Origin: Antedon mediterranea
Lineage: Eukaryota > Animalia > Echinodermata
DNA length: 64,000 nt
Assembly: GCF_964355755.1 (NCBI RefSeq)
Contig: NC_092675.1
Location: 5,513,812-5,577,811, forward strand
Reading direction: 5' to 3'
Position 1 is the stretch's first letter. Each line of letters starts with the position of its first letter. Positions 24,319 through 36,301 of this stretch are shown here, piece by piece. Position numbers and translations under genes: made by a program. The notes under the pieces are model-generated. The model ran no database searches and was not told where the DNA came from. It saw nothing but the letters and a program-made list of their open reading frames with translations.

Positions 24319-26242
24319 CTTCTTTCCATGTCAATGACCTGATCTATTCTTTAAAAAACGCTTTAAGATGTGTACTATAGATTGTTCCATCAACAATTCA
24401 TATCCAAATATAATTTGTTTTAAATTACCACTTTTGCGGCTGAGTTAATCAGGTCTTAGGCAAACGGCAATAACAATTTAATTGCTGAATAGCTAAGTGT
24501 ATGAGGCTATATTGAGATAATGTACACTGCTTTCTTCAAGATTAAAGACAAAATGAATTGAGAAACTAAAAAAAAAAAAAAATTTAAAAGTGCACAGTAA
24601 CGAATTTCTCCTATCAAAATATCTCACTTTTTCTCACCTTGATCAATATCTTTTGTGCTTTCGTAATGGAGACAATTTAATTAAGTACAATTTACATCTG
24701 CATTCATCTGTAAAAAGTGTACAATTTCACAGAAGACAACAACAGTATCACTTAGGTAAATTGAAAATGTTGCCTTGCCAATGTTGTCGTCGTGTGTATT
24801 TTTAAAAGTGTTAATTCCATGAGAAGAAGTAAGACATTTTTTCAGCTAAAACGATTGCTACATTAGAAATTATCTTCTCTTCCACAACTTACGGTACACC
24901 TTCTGAACTGGATACCCACCACTGGAAATAACATCGAATACTATATATATATAATTTATACCATAATCAAGTTTGAACCAGAAGTTCTGAGTCAATACTT
25001 ACTCTGTCAGAGTAGACCTATTGTAAGATTTTTCCTTCGGTTTTTTTTATAATAATTATGTAGTAGGTCTACAACTTTGTTTATAAAATGTGTTGAAAAT
25101 TTGAAAAGCAAAAAGAAAAAATGTTCACTAAAGATCATAGAATATATTTCATGTCAAATTGGCTTTTCTAATTATGTAAGCTTTAATTAACTAGTGTTGA
25201 CAATAAATTACTGACGTCCTTTTTCAGATTACTATGATTAAGCTTTAGGAGATAAAGCACACAGCCACCGTGGGGCAATATGAATGTCATCATAGTTGAT
25301 GGGTTTCAACCATTACGAAATCGAAAGGATTTGTGTAGCCGATGGTCACGATGATGAATCATTAGGAGTGTATATAACCAGTAATGATTGTCGTGTAAGC
25401 GAACGAAGAAGAAAGAAAGAATATATGGTGTCTGGCACAATTAGCCTAATAGAAAAAAGAAACGCATATGCCTACTTCTTATCAAATGGTAATGGTCACT
25501 GAGTTCAGCAAGTAATGGATTTTAAACGTGCAAATTGACGTTACACCTTACCCAAACGGCTTATTTCACCTGAGCCTCGTCTAACCACCTGAACACTTTA
25601 GATATGAAAAAAATGACTATTTCCTTCGCCTTTTGTTTAATCCAAAACGAAATTTAAAGCACAGTGCAGAACATCAGTTTGATTAATTTTTATTTAATAA
25701 TTTAGAATGCATTGTGTATTTTCGGTATTACCTGATTTTTGTAAATTTGAAATTTCGTGTTTGTGAAAAAAGGCTTAAAATGTTTCATAATCATAACTCA
25801 AATCAATATCATTTTCTTCCAAACTAGTACATAAAACGGCAAGCATCAGTATATAAAAGCTTCATGTAAAAAAAAGGTTAAGTATTACTTCATTTGAAAA
25901 TGGAAGGCTAAATTCAAGAAAAAACGCCATATGAAGACAAGTCAAGTGATACTGACATGTTCAAATACAACTTGCAAATTTTGGACAGAAAGGTTTTAAA
26001 AGTACCGTAACGGGTAGCTGATAATTTAGGCCTCATGCAAAAATATCAACACTTTAATCTGCAAACTTTTTCATTCACATTTAAATAATTATATATATGC
26101 GTTTTAAGATGTATTAAATATGTTTTTAACCTTACCCTTTTGACACCGTGCTCTACATTACGTAGAAAAGGAACACGTATTTCTCCTAATGATATTTTAC
26201 TAGCCAATCGTGGCATTGTATCGCCAGCGCGTAATCCCAAGA
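24319..26242 (-). pseudogene. Chain of six small exon-like segments; possible decayed Mab-21/cGAS-like (cGLR) gene or spliced ncRNA
   Basis: AG..GT-bounded minus-strand segments at 26242-26136, 25588-25552, 25017-25003, 24921-24893, 24707-24638 and 24348-24319. The spliced frame gives DYALAIQCHDW..GWLDEAQVK..DRWWVSSSEG with stop codons. Confidence 0.3.
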
Positions 26243-27363
26243 CTAATGTAAACGAGATTTACATTTTGCATTATTATAAGTAGCTTTAGTTGAAGATGAG
26301 TTTAAAATTATGTTCACTTCCTAAACGAATTCACATAAATTGGAAATGTCGACTGAATCGGCGTCTGTAGAATTATGCGTTAATAAAATGAATTGTTAAC
26401 ATTTTTTATGTCAAAATATATATTTTTGAGACACTAATATCCACAATTTTTTTTCTTTGTAGTGATATAATAATGTAATGTTATTTTATATGTGAGATTG
26501 AAATACTAGATTGGATTACAAAAAAAACTAAAAGGGTTTTAAAAGGTTTTGATAACTTCGATAGAAAGGTTAATCTTGGATGGAAATTGGTAAATTGTTC
26601 CACAGTTAGCTAAATTAATATGTGTGCCCATCGGTTTTATTTTGTATTGTTAATTTCTAATTTCATGCATGTATTTGCTGTAGGCCTATAGAAAAAAAAG
26701 ATTATAGATTTAATTTCAAGATAATTGGAGGAGTCAATGAATTCGTCAATGTCAATGAAAAATATTTTATGACCTGTCCTCATATTATGTGTATACTTTG
26801 TACAATATAAGAATATCTTTAAATATACTATTTTATTGAGACTTATCATAAATTAATGAGATTAAATAAATTAAAATTATGTTATTAGATAATCCATGTT
26901 TTTAGAAACGTGTAGCATTATTGGTACTGTATGATGCGGTACTTTTTCATTTAGAGTGCATCAAGTGTAATGTTTCGAAGGAGGGCAGTATTTAAAAATT
27001 TTGTAAATTCATCATACATAATCTTTAAAAAAAGAATAATTGTATCATTTTTATTTCAACTCAATTCAACAATAAAACCAAATAATGATTTGAATACTCT
27101 GCCACTTCAATTTTTGCTAGGATTATCAATTTTTGCTAGGATTATCATGCAAACAAATTCAATCATTGTACAGTAATAAGCGTTTATTTCTGATAACATA
27201 CAGTGTATTTATTATGTGTTCCTGAGGTTTTTACCATGTAGCGTAGAATGTAGATGAAAAATCTGATAAACAATCCATTGTGCATTTACTTTAATAAATT
27301 TAATTAGTTATTCTCTAAAATTGTGCTGTAATCTATTCTTTGTAGTCTAATGTAGCCCGATAA

Positions 27364-27543
27364 AGCGTGGTTCCCACTAGCGACGCAGCACAAGGACGTA
27401 ACGCAACGCAAGTGAATTGACCAATCACAAGCGATGGCTTATTCGCTTGATGATTGCTAACTGTCTATAACTTCGCTTGTCATTGGTTAAAACGCTTGCG
27501 TTGCGTTTACGTCCTTGCGTTACGTTCTAGTGGGAACCAAGCT
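27364..27543. mobile_element. PIF/Harbinger-like MITE
   Basis: TAA|AGCGTGGTTCCCACTAG ... CTAGTGGGAACCAAGCT|TAA, with long imperfect palindromic arms. Confidence 0.85.
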
Positions 27544-28149
27544 TAAGTGACAAACACGTTGGCATGTGCTTTTTTTTCTGTGGATTCGATCTCGTAAATT
27601 TTATGCTTAGCGCCCTCAATTTTAAGAACACAAATACATGTCAGAAAATTAGGAACAAAATGTAGAACATTGTAAAGATGATGCCGATGTTTCTGTAAGA
27701 TCAAATACGAAATGTTGGGTCGCGAAAATTCCCAAAATAGGATCATGGGGTCGCGGTAAAAAAAGTTTGCGGAACGCTGTACTACAGTATAGTCTTTATT
27801 ATTATTATTTTTTTATTTATTTATAATAATTTCTACAAAAGATCTGCGACTATATGAAATACACCTTTTATAGTTATGAGCAGCTATTCAATTAAGTTAA
27901 ACAGCAGCTGCGTATATAGTTAAAATAATTAGATTGATCTCAATATAATCTAGTAGGTTTTAATACAATTTTAACTTTGAAACAACAAAATCTATAAACC
28001 TATAGGATTTATAGTTTAAATGTTTTTCTTTATGTTTGTACTATATGAACGCCATCATCATTATAACTAAACTAAACTAAACTAAACTATCAGTCTGTAA
28101 TTGTATTATAGAGGGCGCTAAATTAAAATATAGAAACGAGAAAGTTGGC

Positions 28150-28251
28150 AATTGGCGTTAAGATTGCTGCTAACTGTGTTGTCTGTTGTTCTGGATTCGA
28201 TTGATTGATGTTTACACCCGATATATTTTTAACAATAGGAAACAATCTGAG
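28150..28251 (+). other. Candidate first (non-coding) exon of a second + strand transcript
   Basis: Follows TAGAGGGCGCTA (28109-28120) and ends at GAG|GTATGT. The start coordinate is approximate. Confidence 0.3.
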
Positions 28252-29399
28252 GTATGTAAGTATTTAAATAAATCACCTTACAGTATATGATCTTTTAATT
28301 TACAAAGAAAGAAGAACGATCTCAGTATTAAAGTTAATCCGTATCAAAGATTGGTATATAACTTAGTCCATACTCATCAGTATTAGCTAGGCTTTAGGCT
28401 AGGTACGCCTGCTGTCTCTCACACCTGCAGCGAGCTGGTTGTCTAGGTACTACTACTATACTACTATTACTACTATGTCATGTTTGTTTTCTTGCATACT
28501 ATTATTTAATTTATCTAACAACACAAGATAGAGGAATTCCTCAACAGCAGGTTTAATATATTATAGAGAACATACAAATAAATACTAGGCTTGTTTGTTT
28601 AAAAAAATTTAATTCCTTATTTTATTAAATCAATTAATTTGAAGGCCATAATAATTAAGAATAACCAAACTGGTAGGTCTACTTCCTCCCTACATTGAGA
28701 TAGTATTATGGTGTGGCTTATTCTCCAGGCAATGCAGTGCATTAACCTTGTGTCCTGAAGTGTATTTACTTTTTTTAAACATTTTTTTAGGTGGTTCTGA
28801 ATATGCACGTTTACTCGTAATAAAAAAGCCAAAACGACAACAACGAAAAAGTTTTTTATATTTATTTATTTATTCGATATTCAATAAATAAATATTCAAT
28901 AAATGTTCTCCACACATATATTAATCGCTGCTTGGTATAGTGATGTGGTTAAGTAGCCAGGGTTGTAGGTTCCATTTCCTTTATGATACCATACCGTTAC
29001 CAGTCTTATTTGTGCATCAAAATTACCAGAATTATAGTAGGAAGGATTTAAACTATTTGAATCACTTCCGGGGAAGGGATTGGAAGTTCTGGGGAGTAAT
29101 GGAGTAATTATTGTAATTGTACTGGGAATGTTTTAAACTACTATACATTCCGTCATGGAGGGATTGTTTGTTGGGAGTAATCGTGGTATTAACATAACCA
29201 AAATGTGTAGTTAACTACTTTATTTGTTTATAAAATTATATATTTATTTTAGTTAAGATCATGGGACTGCTGACTTTTGTAGTTACAGGCCTAGCTACAG
29301 TGTACTAACGTAACGGCAACCTGCTTCTGCCTAGTTTTCAAGGCATTTTAGCGTGATGTTATACTAAATATGATGAAAAGATTTGTTTATTATGGAGCT

Positions 29400-29991
29400 G
29401 TTTTAGGCGCTCCGATAAAATTTCATTTGTAAACGTTTACGATTGGAATAGTATTTATTTATAAGTTATACGCACGATCGCCGACCGCTGTACCCCCCGC
29501 AAGCCCTTCTTGGCGGCCACATGTTGTATGGTATTCGACTAGTATATTCTCCAGGTGATTACAGCATGGACCTACTGTATATAGCGTACACACTTCTCGG
29601 ATACATAGATACTAATCGAATACGATTGTCTGTGAAAACGTGCGCCCTCTCGAAATGATCGAGCGAGGCTAGCCCACACACGTGCGTGTTACACACACAG
29701 TCATGCACTCGATGTTGCGGGTGCGAAACTCATGAATAACAAGTTAGAAACAACTTGTTGAGGCTGGGCGCGGCCGAGCCTAGGTAAGAAAAAACTTAAA
29801 TAAAGGACGCTGTTGTAGATATAACAAAATATATTATTACAATAATATTGATTACAATTAAAAAAAAACATTGTTTTGATGAAATATAAGGTGCGTCTTA
29901 TACATCGACGATATAAAAAATACCGATATTTTACTATCAGTTAGGGGGTGCGTCTTATACACAGGTGCGACTTATACACCGAAATATACGG
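29400..29991. mobile_element. CpG-rich Tc2/pogo-type non-autonomous element; only the right end is recognisable
   Basis: Ends GGTGCGACTTATACACCGAAATATACGG|TA with repeated GGTGCGTCTTATAC subterminal motifs. Left boundary uncertain. Confidence 0.55.
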
Positions 29992-30797
29992 TACAAACAA
30001 TAAATATACAGTATTATGACATGTCCAGTAATAATAACGAATAATTATTATAAACATTTTGATCCTAAATTTAAATTCCTAGAAAAATGAGTCCTAATCA
30101 TTCAATACTCTTTTATGAATTATTCATTACAATCTGTGTTTTATTATATTTGCCATGTTTATTATTCATCACGTTGTTTTGTGATATTTGATATCTGTAC
30201 AATACTGTATCTACTGGTATAAACAAATTATACAGATTGTATTGACATTAAAAATCCAAAGACACATGAAACATAAACAATGAATCATTTTAAATGGTTT
30301 TATACACACTGATTGAGAATACTGCGATATAATGGGAACTTCATGCAAAAAATTGCTACTAAAATTAACATTGCAGTCACTTTAAAATTCTCTTATCTCT
30401 TAAGTTACCCCCAATGTTGACTATATAGTACTTTACGCCAATGTGTAAAATTGGTTATTTTCATCTACTGTAACCTCTATTAGTTGTTATTTGTGCAGCA
30501 TCTATTGTGACAGCATTTGAGGTTGGACAACCATATTGACATCATTGCTGTAAAAAAAAACAATGTATAATTGTAATTGTATGTGATAGAAAACATAGTT
30601 ACTAACTATGAAATGATTGACTATCATTTTGTTGAAGGGAGGCGGTGTTGGACAGGGGGCCGCCTATGACTGTACAGTAGGGTTTAGACAAATGTAGCAA
30701 TGTTTTAGAATGTATTCAGGTGTTAAATTGATAATACCGGGTCTTTAAAATTGCAGTTTAGGTGCGTTTGTTTTCTCCTGGCATAATTTTTGTTCAA

Positions 30798-32372
30798 CAA
30801 AAGTATGCGCGAACACCACTTTGTTCTATATCTACTACTACTAGAGAGAGGGCCGATCAGATGCTCATGTGTACTATAATGACATGACCGCCACGAGATC
30901 AATGTATTTTACATATTTTTTAAATGTGTGATCATGCATGACATGTTTGTGTAAATTGCTTGTTTTCCAGTAAAAATTACTTCTTTGAAATGCAGGACTG
31001 TTCCGTATACAATGCAAGCCGGTTGGTAACTATGAGAATCCATTAAAAAAAATACTGTACAGTATTTCATTTCTTGTGTAAAATGGATGCTTCAGAAACT
31101 CATTACAGGTACATGTCACTGTCAGAGGTGGCAGGTATTGTATGCAAATGCAAAAAAAAAAAATGTATGTGCAAATGAGTCTGCACTTTAGAAAGCTGAA
31201 ATTAACACTGTACTTGATACAATTTTATGTTCAAGGAAAGTAAGCTTATAACCTAGTGTAATGTATTAATATTTTGATACCTACAGTATGAAGTGTGAAA
31301 GTTTCACATTAAAACAAAATAAAACATGAATTTAACAGAAATTGAAAGTTGTCACAAATTATTGAGCATGCCAATTAGTCAAGAAATTGGAAAAAATGTT
31401 ATAAAAAATTCAAAATTGTCCAAGATGAAACTACGCTTGGTTTCATAATTATAAATAAACAAGAAATATTTCTTACAAAAAACGCTGCTCAACCTTTTGA
31501 CATAATTTCCCATGAAACTTTGTTGTACAGCCTCCGACAAATATATTCGCTAATCAAACAATTCTTAATTTCATCTAGACTACTGTATAGACACCATTCG
31601 GGAAAAATACAGTATTTATCATAAAGAAAGGATTGTTTTGGCCATTATTCAATGATAATGATCCCCAGTTAGCTGTGATGTGTATCCCCATAATCCGGTT
31701 TGGGTGCTAGCTTTTTTTGTGCTAGTATTTTTGTCTTTTTGTTCTCTTCCTTTTGGTTTCCGCTCTTTCTCTTTATTGATAAATAGATTAATGAAGAAGA
31801 AAACATTGTTTATTGAACAGGTCTTCTGCACGACATGCTTTGAGGTTTGCACATGCCCAGTCTGAGTTTACTGTACAAATTCCCATTTTTTCAGCCTTAG
31901 TAAACTATAAGCTTCTGTGTGATACAGTTTCCTACAATGCTTCCATGCTTACTGTACATGGCGGTCATGTCATAGTACACATGCGTATCTGATCGGCCCT
32001 CTCTGTAGTAGGTAGGTAAAGTCGAAACCTAAGCTAGTGCTAACGGCCGTGGCGCCCATCTCCATTTCCATAGCGTTTGAGCCAGACTCCACTAAGTGTG
32101 TATGTTTGTGGGGGGTACGCCACTCCTCCCGCACAAACGAGTCTGATTTACCTTCCCAGTACTTTTTACATACCGGTACCCATTTCTATCACCTGGGTGG
32201 GGAGGAACAATGTGGATGAAGAATCTTGCTCAAGGACCCCTCAACACTGCAGTGACCGGGCCGGGCTTGAACCGGCAACCTCTTGATTGCAAGTCCAATG
32301 CTCTAACCACCGCGCCGCAGTGCTCCACTCTCTAGTAGATATATTACAAAGTGGTGCTTGCGCATACTTTTG
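30798..32372. repeat. Inverted repeat pair (~98 bp arms: 30798-30895 and 31957-32372, the right arm split by a SINE)
   Basis: CAAAAGTATGCGC..GGGCCGATCAGAT..GACATGACCGCCA versus its reverse complement. Confidence 0.75.
32012..32326 (-). mobile_element. Full-length tRNA-derived SINE
   Basis: Minus-strand head GGAGCACTGCGGCGCGGTGGTTAGAGC (A box) ... GGTTCAAGCCC (B box), central CCTTGAGCAAG..CCACCCAGGTG..AAATGGGTACC domain, (TACC)n tail, and CTCTCT(G)TAGTAG duplicated on both sides. Confidence 0.88.
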
Positions 32373-34289
32373 AGTGTTTAATATAGTTTTCACTGTTTGT
32401 CACTGGCTGATGTACTGTACTGCATGATAGCAATTACAACACAATTCCTAATACATTAAATGTTTATTATATTATTGGAAATATAAAATCTAAGCAAAGT
32501 AAAGTTAATAATATTCAAATCTACTGTATGATACAGTAAAAGTAATTTACTTCCCAAAATCCCATCAATATTGAAACATACTGTAGCTGGACGGTTTACT
32601 TTCCATGCTTTGATGAACTACAGTACCAAATTGTATTCTTTTCATATGTAATTGAGGTTAATTTACAATATTCAAGGTTCCTTTAGTATCATTCAATGAA
32701 GATGCTCATGGTCGTTTCACCTTTCATAATGTATTTTTATAGGTGATAAATCATGATTTGTTTCAATACTCAATTGAATGCTACGGTATATTCAATTTTT
32801 CAGAATAGCCACAGAATAGTTTTTAGAATAGAGGGCACATTTCTGAATCTAAATATAGTTATTTCATTTATGTATTCATGGTTAAACACAGTAAAATATG
32901 TACATGGTTTGAAATTATTTTTGTTTGTTCAAAGTTAAAAATTCACATAAAAAGGAGTTAAAAAGGGGTATGGGGTATTGTACTTCTTATGTGTATTAAT
33001 ACACAGTACAAGTATTACATTGACAAACATGATCTGATCAATTACACAGGTATTATAAATGTTGTTGCACTTTAAGGCTAAACAAGTGGTTTATGGTTTT
33101 TAATACATTGACTAGTAATCGGTGGTGCTCATGTCTTCTACCATATCTTACATCATAATACAGAATGAATAAAACACTATACATTAATTAATAGAGTTAA
33201 TTTGTTCGTGTACACCTGGAGTGGTCTGGTCAGTCTTGCAGGACCAAGCGTAATTGCCAAACCTGGAAAGCATGTACAGTACAGTACTGTATGTACATTA
33301 TGCAAATCACAACAAGGGTACCGTAATAACAATCTGGGTGTACAGTATCTTTCTATTCCTTGCTATAGAAATATCCTTTACCAGCAAAGCATTTCAGTAT
33401 CGTGTTCAATTGTAATGTAAACTGCAAGGAGTTGATTATATCACAATGCAATATTGGGTGACTTTAGCTAGGATTGTGAAGATTTAATTTACAGATAATT
33501 TACTGAATGTTGAAATGTAAGATTGCATTAAGGTATAGGCCTACACCTATTTGGTGACTTTATAATGCTGCATTTTTTTCCTTTCCTGGCAGCCTTTTTT
33601 CTCTCCTCTCGTTTGTTTTATTCTGTTCTATATTTTCAAAAAATGTCTTATATAAGTTGAAAAAACTTAAAATTAATTAAATAATCAATAAGATATTTTA
33701 TGGAGATCGGGGATCAAATCTATTTAAAAAAACCTTCTTCCAAAAACTTCAGTGACTATATTATTCCTGAAGCGTGGTGGTATATCAACCTCTTTCTAAC
33801 TTATGATATGATAATAATACTAGTCCACGGAGGACTTATTTATTTCATGAATAAAGTAATAGTTTATATAGACTAATTTTATATAGACTAATAATAGTTT
33901 GTAATTTTCTATAGACTAGTAGCTTATATAGACTAATAGTTTATATAGACATAGTTTAACAAACACGAAAAGAAGATTTTTAATTTAGTTAGGATATAGT
34001 TTTTATGGATCAAACTATTATGGATCTATAGATTATTTTCTGTTTATAGACAATACAAAACTCAGAAACAGTTTACAGAAACGACACGACACGATTGAAA
34101 TACTGTAACAAGAGAAGAAAAAGAGGCCCTCATATTATTTCAATATTACCACCTCCTATATGTACGTGACAGATGTCAAACATTTATAGCAATCTGTGTC
34201 AAACCACTTTAATGACACTCATAAAACTTCAAAACCAATGTTATAAAATTTAACTCCAACTACTGTACCTTTATAATAATGCACTGCAT

Positions 34290-34975
34290 TTAAATAAACA
34301 ACTCACTTGAATTTTAAATAAGTATTGAGTTGAATAAGAACTGCCGTCGAAAGAGCTTCAGTTAAAAAAATGCTTAAGTCGAATAAACATTGAAAAAACA
34401 CTAAAGTCGAATACAGTTGCACTGTAGTATCCAAATAAGTGCTTGATTTGAATAAGTACTACAGTCAAATAAGTACTGCAGTTGAATAAGTGCTTGAGTC
34501 GAATAAGAACTTCCGTCGAAAGAAATTCAGTTGAATTAATGCTTTAGTCAAATAAGCACTATAGTTGAATAAGCACTAAAGTCGAATATGTACTGTACTG
34601 TAGTCAAATAAGTGCTTGAATCGAATAAGTACTGCAGTCGAATAAGTACTGTAGTCGAATAAGTACTGTAGTTAAATAAGTGCTTGAGTCGAATAAGTAC
34701 TGCAGTCGAATAGTGCTTGAGTCAAATGAAATGCAGATTAATAATTACTGTAGTTGAATAAGCACACTGTACTTGATAACTGTATATTGCAGTCAAATAC
34801 ACACAGTCGAATAACTATATAAGAAAGTACTGCAGTTGAATATGCACTGCAGTTTACATAAGTACTTTCTTCGAATAAACACTGTTAGTTGAATAAGCAC
34901 TGTCAAGTATTGGTAGTCAAATACAGTGGTTTAATAAGCTAATAAGTTGAATAAGCGCTACATTAGGATAAGTAT
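34290..34975 (+). repeat. Degenerate minisatellite, ~20-bp unit GTCGAATAAGTACTG(C/T)A
   Basis: Many diverged GT(C/T)GAATAAG units; most homogeneous at ~34600-34720. Confidence 0.85.
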
Positions 34976-35109
34976 CTTGCTATTAAATTCTTTTTTTATT
35001 ATTTGACAATGATTTCTTTTGTTTGTTAATCATTGAATGTAGCAGTCAACAGTTCTTAAATTTATTTTTAGTGTTCTCTTTCAAGGCATGTTTTATTTTA
35101 TTTCCCTAG

Positions 35110-35275
35110 CTACTCAAATCTCATTAAGAATTGTATGCACTCTGTTGCCAGGACAACACAGTAATACACCACAAGGGGACCGGTAATTGTAAGTACTGTA
35201 GAGCGTCAAGATAGTGCTTTTTGTTCTACCGTACAGAAATTTGGTTCAAGTATAGCTTTCTTCGAAAGACAATAG
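35110..35275 (+). other. Probable non-coding (5' UTR or lncRNA) internal exon, 166 nt
   Basis: Strong acceptor TTTTATTTTATTTCCCTAG and donor AG|GTAAGC. Higher GC than the flanks; no convincing open frame. Confidence 0.5.
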
Positions 35276-35480
35276 GTAAGCATATTCGTTTTAAAACCAA
35301 CTAATGTTATTCTCTTGGTTATAATAATTGATGATTATAGTTTTTTTTCAAATTCTCATTGCCGAAAGACTAGCTATTTTGTTTAGCAACGGTTTAAAAA
35401 AAAAATGTCATATTTATTAGATGTTTACATACATAAACCTTCTCCAAATTCTTGAGACCATTTGTGACACCTTGAAATAA

Positions 35481-36301
35481 GGCCCTGTTTCTGCTGCCAA
35501 CTAAATACCGTATATTATACGGTATTTTTTTAATACCGTATATATACGGTATATTTTTGGCAGCAGAAACTGCGCTCATAAAAAATATACCGTATTTTGT
35601 ATACCGTATTTTCCCCACAAAATTTGTGGATAAAATACGGTATTTACAAATTTATACCGTATTTTTTGTACCCGTTTCTGCTGCCAATAAAAAATACCGT
35701 ATTTTTTTTTACATGACAAAAGGTCAACATTCGTGTTTTTATTTTCTGTCGCTGTCAGCTGCTTTACACACGTGTATAAATATATTCGGCGAAAATGTAG
35801 AGCGAAGACGTCACAGTTTTACTAAATAAATGTGTGTGGGAAGCTAAAATGTCTGGCCAACTAAAAGGTAATAAAAGGGACAACCACATTTATAAAGACA
35901 TTTCTAAAAAAATAAAGCAGGAGTATGGAATAGACTTGTCTCCAAAGCAAGTAAACTCAAAGCTGAAGAGCCTGCGAAAGCAGTACAACATCCAAAATAC
36001 AATAACTCGGGGAAGGAACGAATTAATTGTCCCCATTACGATGTTTTCTGTGCTCTCACAACATCTCTATCACTAGGGCTAGGCTGTTGAAAGTGAGACG
36101 TAAAACTTCCTTTATTGCGACTTTTAATTATCGATCAAATAAATGAATGGCAATTTGGGTAAAAAAGATGAAATTTAACACGACCACCCAAGAAGTATTG
36201 TTAGCAGAAACGGGGTACTAAAAAATACGGTATAAAAAAATACCGTATTTTATACCGTATTTTTATACCGTATTTTGAGCAGTTGCAGCAGAAACAGGCC
36301 C
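35481..36301 (+). mobile_element. Internally deleted PIF/Harbinger transposon retaining a Myb/SANT-like fragment
   Basis: TAA|GGCCCTGTTTCTGCTGC ... GCAGCAGAAACAGGCCC|TAA. ORF 35834 WEAKMSGQLKGNKRDNHIYKDISKKIKQEYGIDLSPKQVNSKLKSLRKQY resembles the Myb/SANT (trihelix) accessory protein of Harbinger. Confidence 0.88.

Noticed and set aside
25296-25502. ORF with a Death-domain-like phrase (MGFNHYEIERI)
   Set aside because: An in-frame stop lies immediately upstream, only a short motif matches, and there is no consistent + strand exon chain.
34290-34975. CRISPR-like array
   Set aside because: Eukaryotic context, degenerate contiguous units without unique spacers, and no cas genes.
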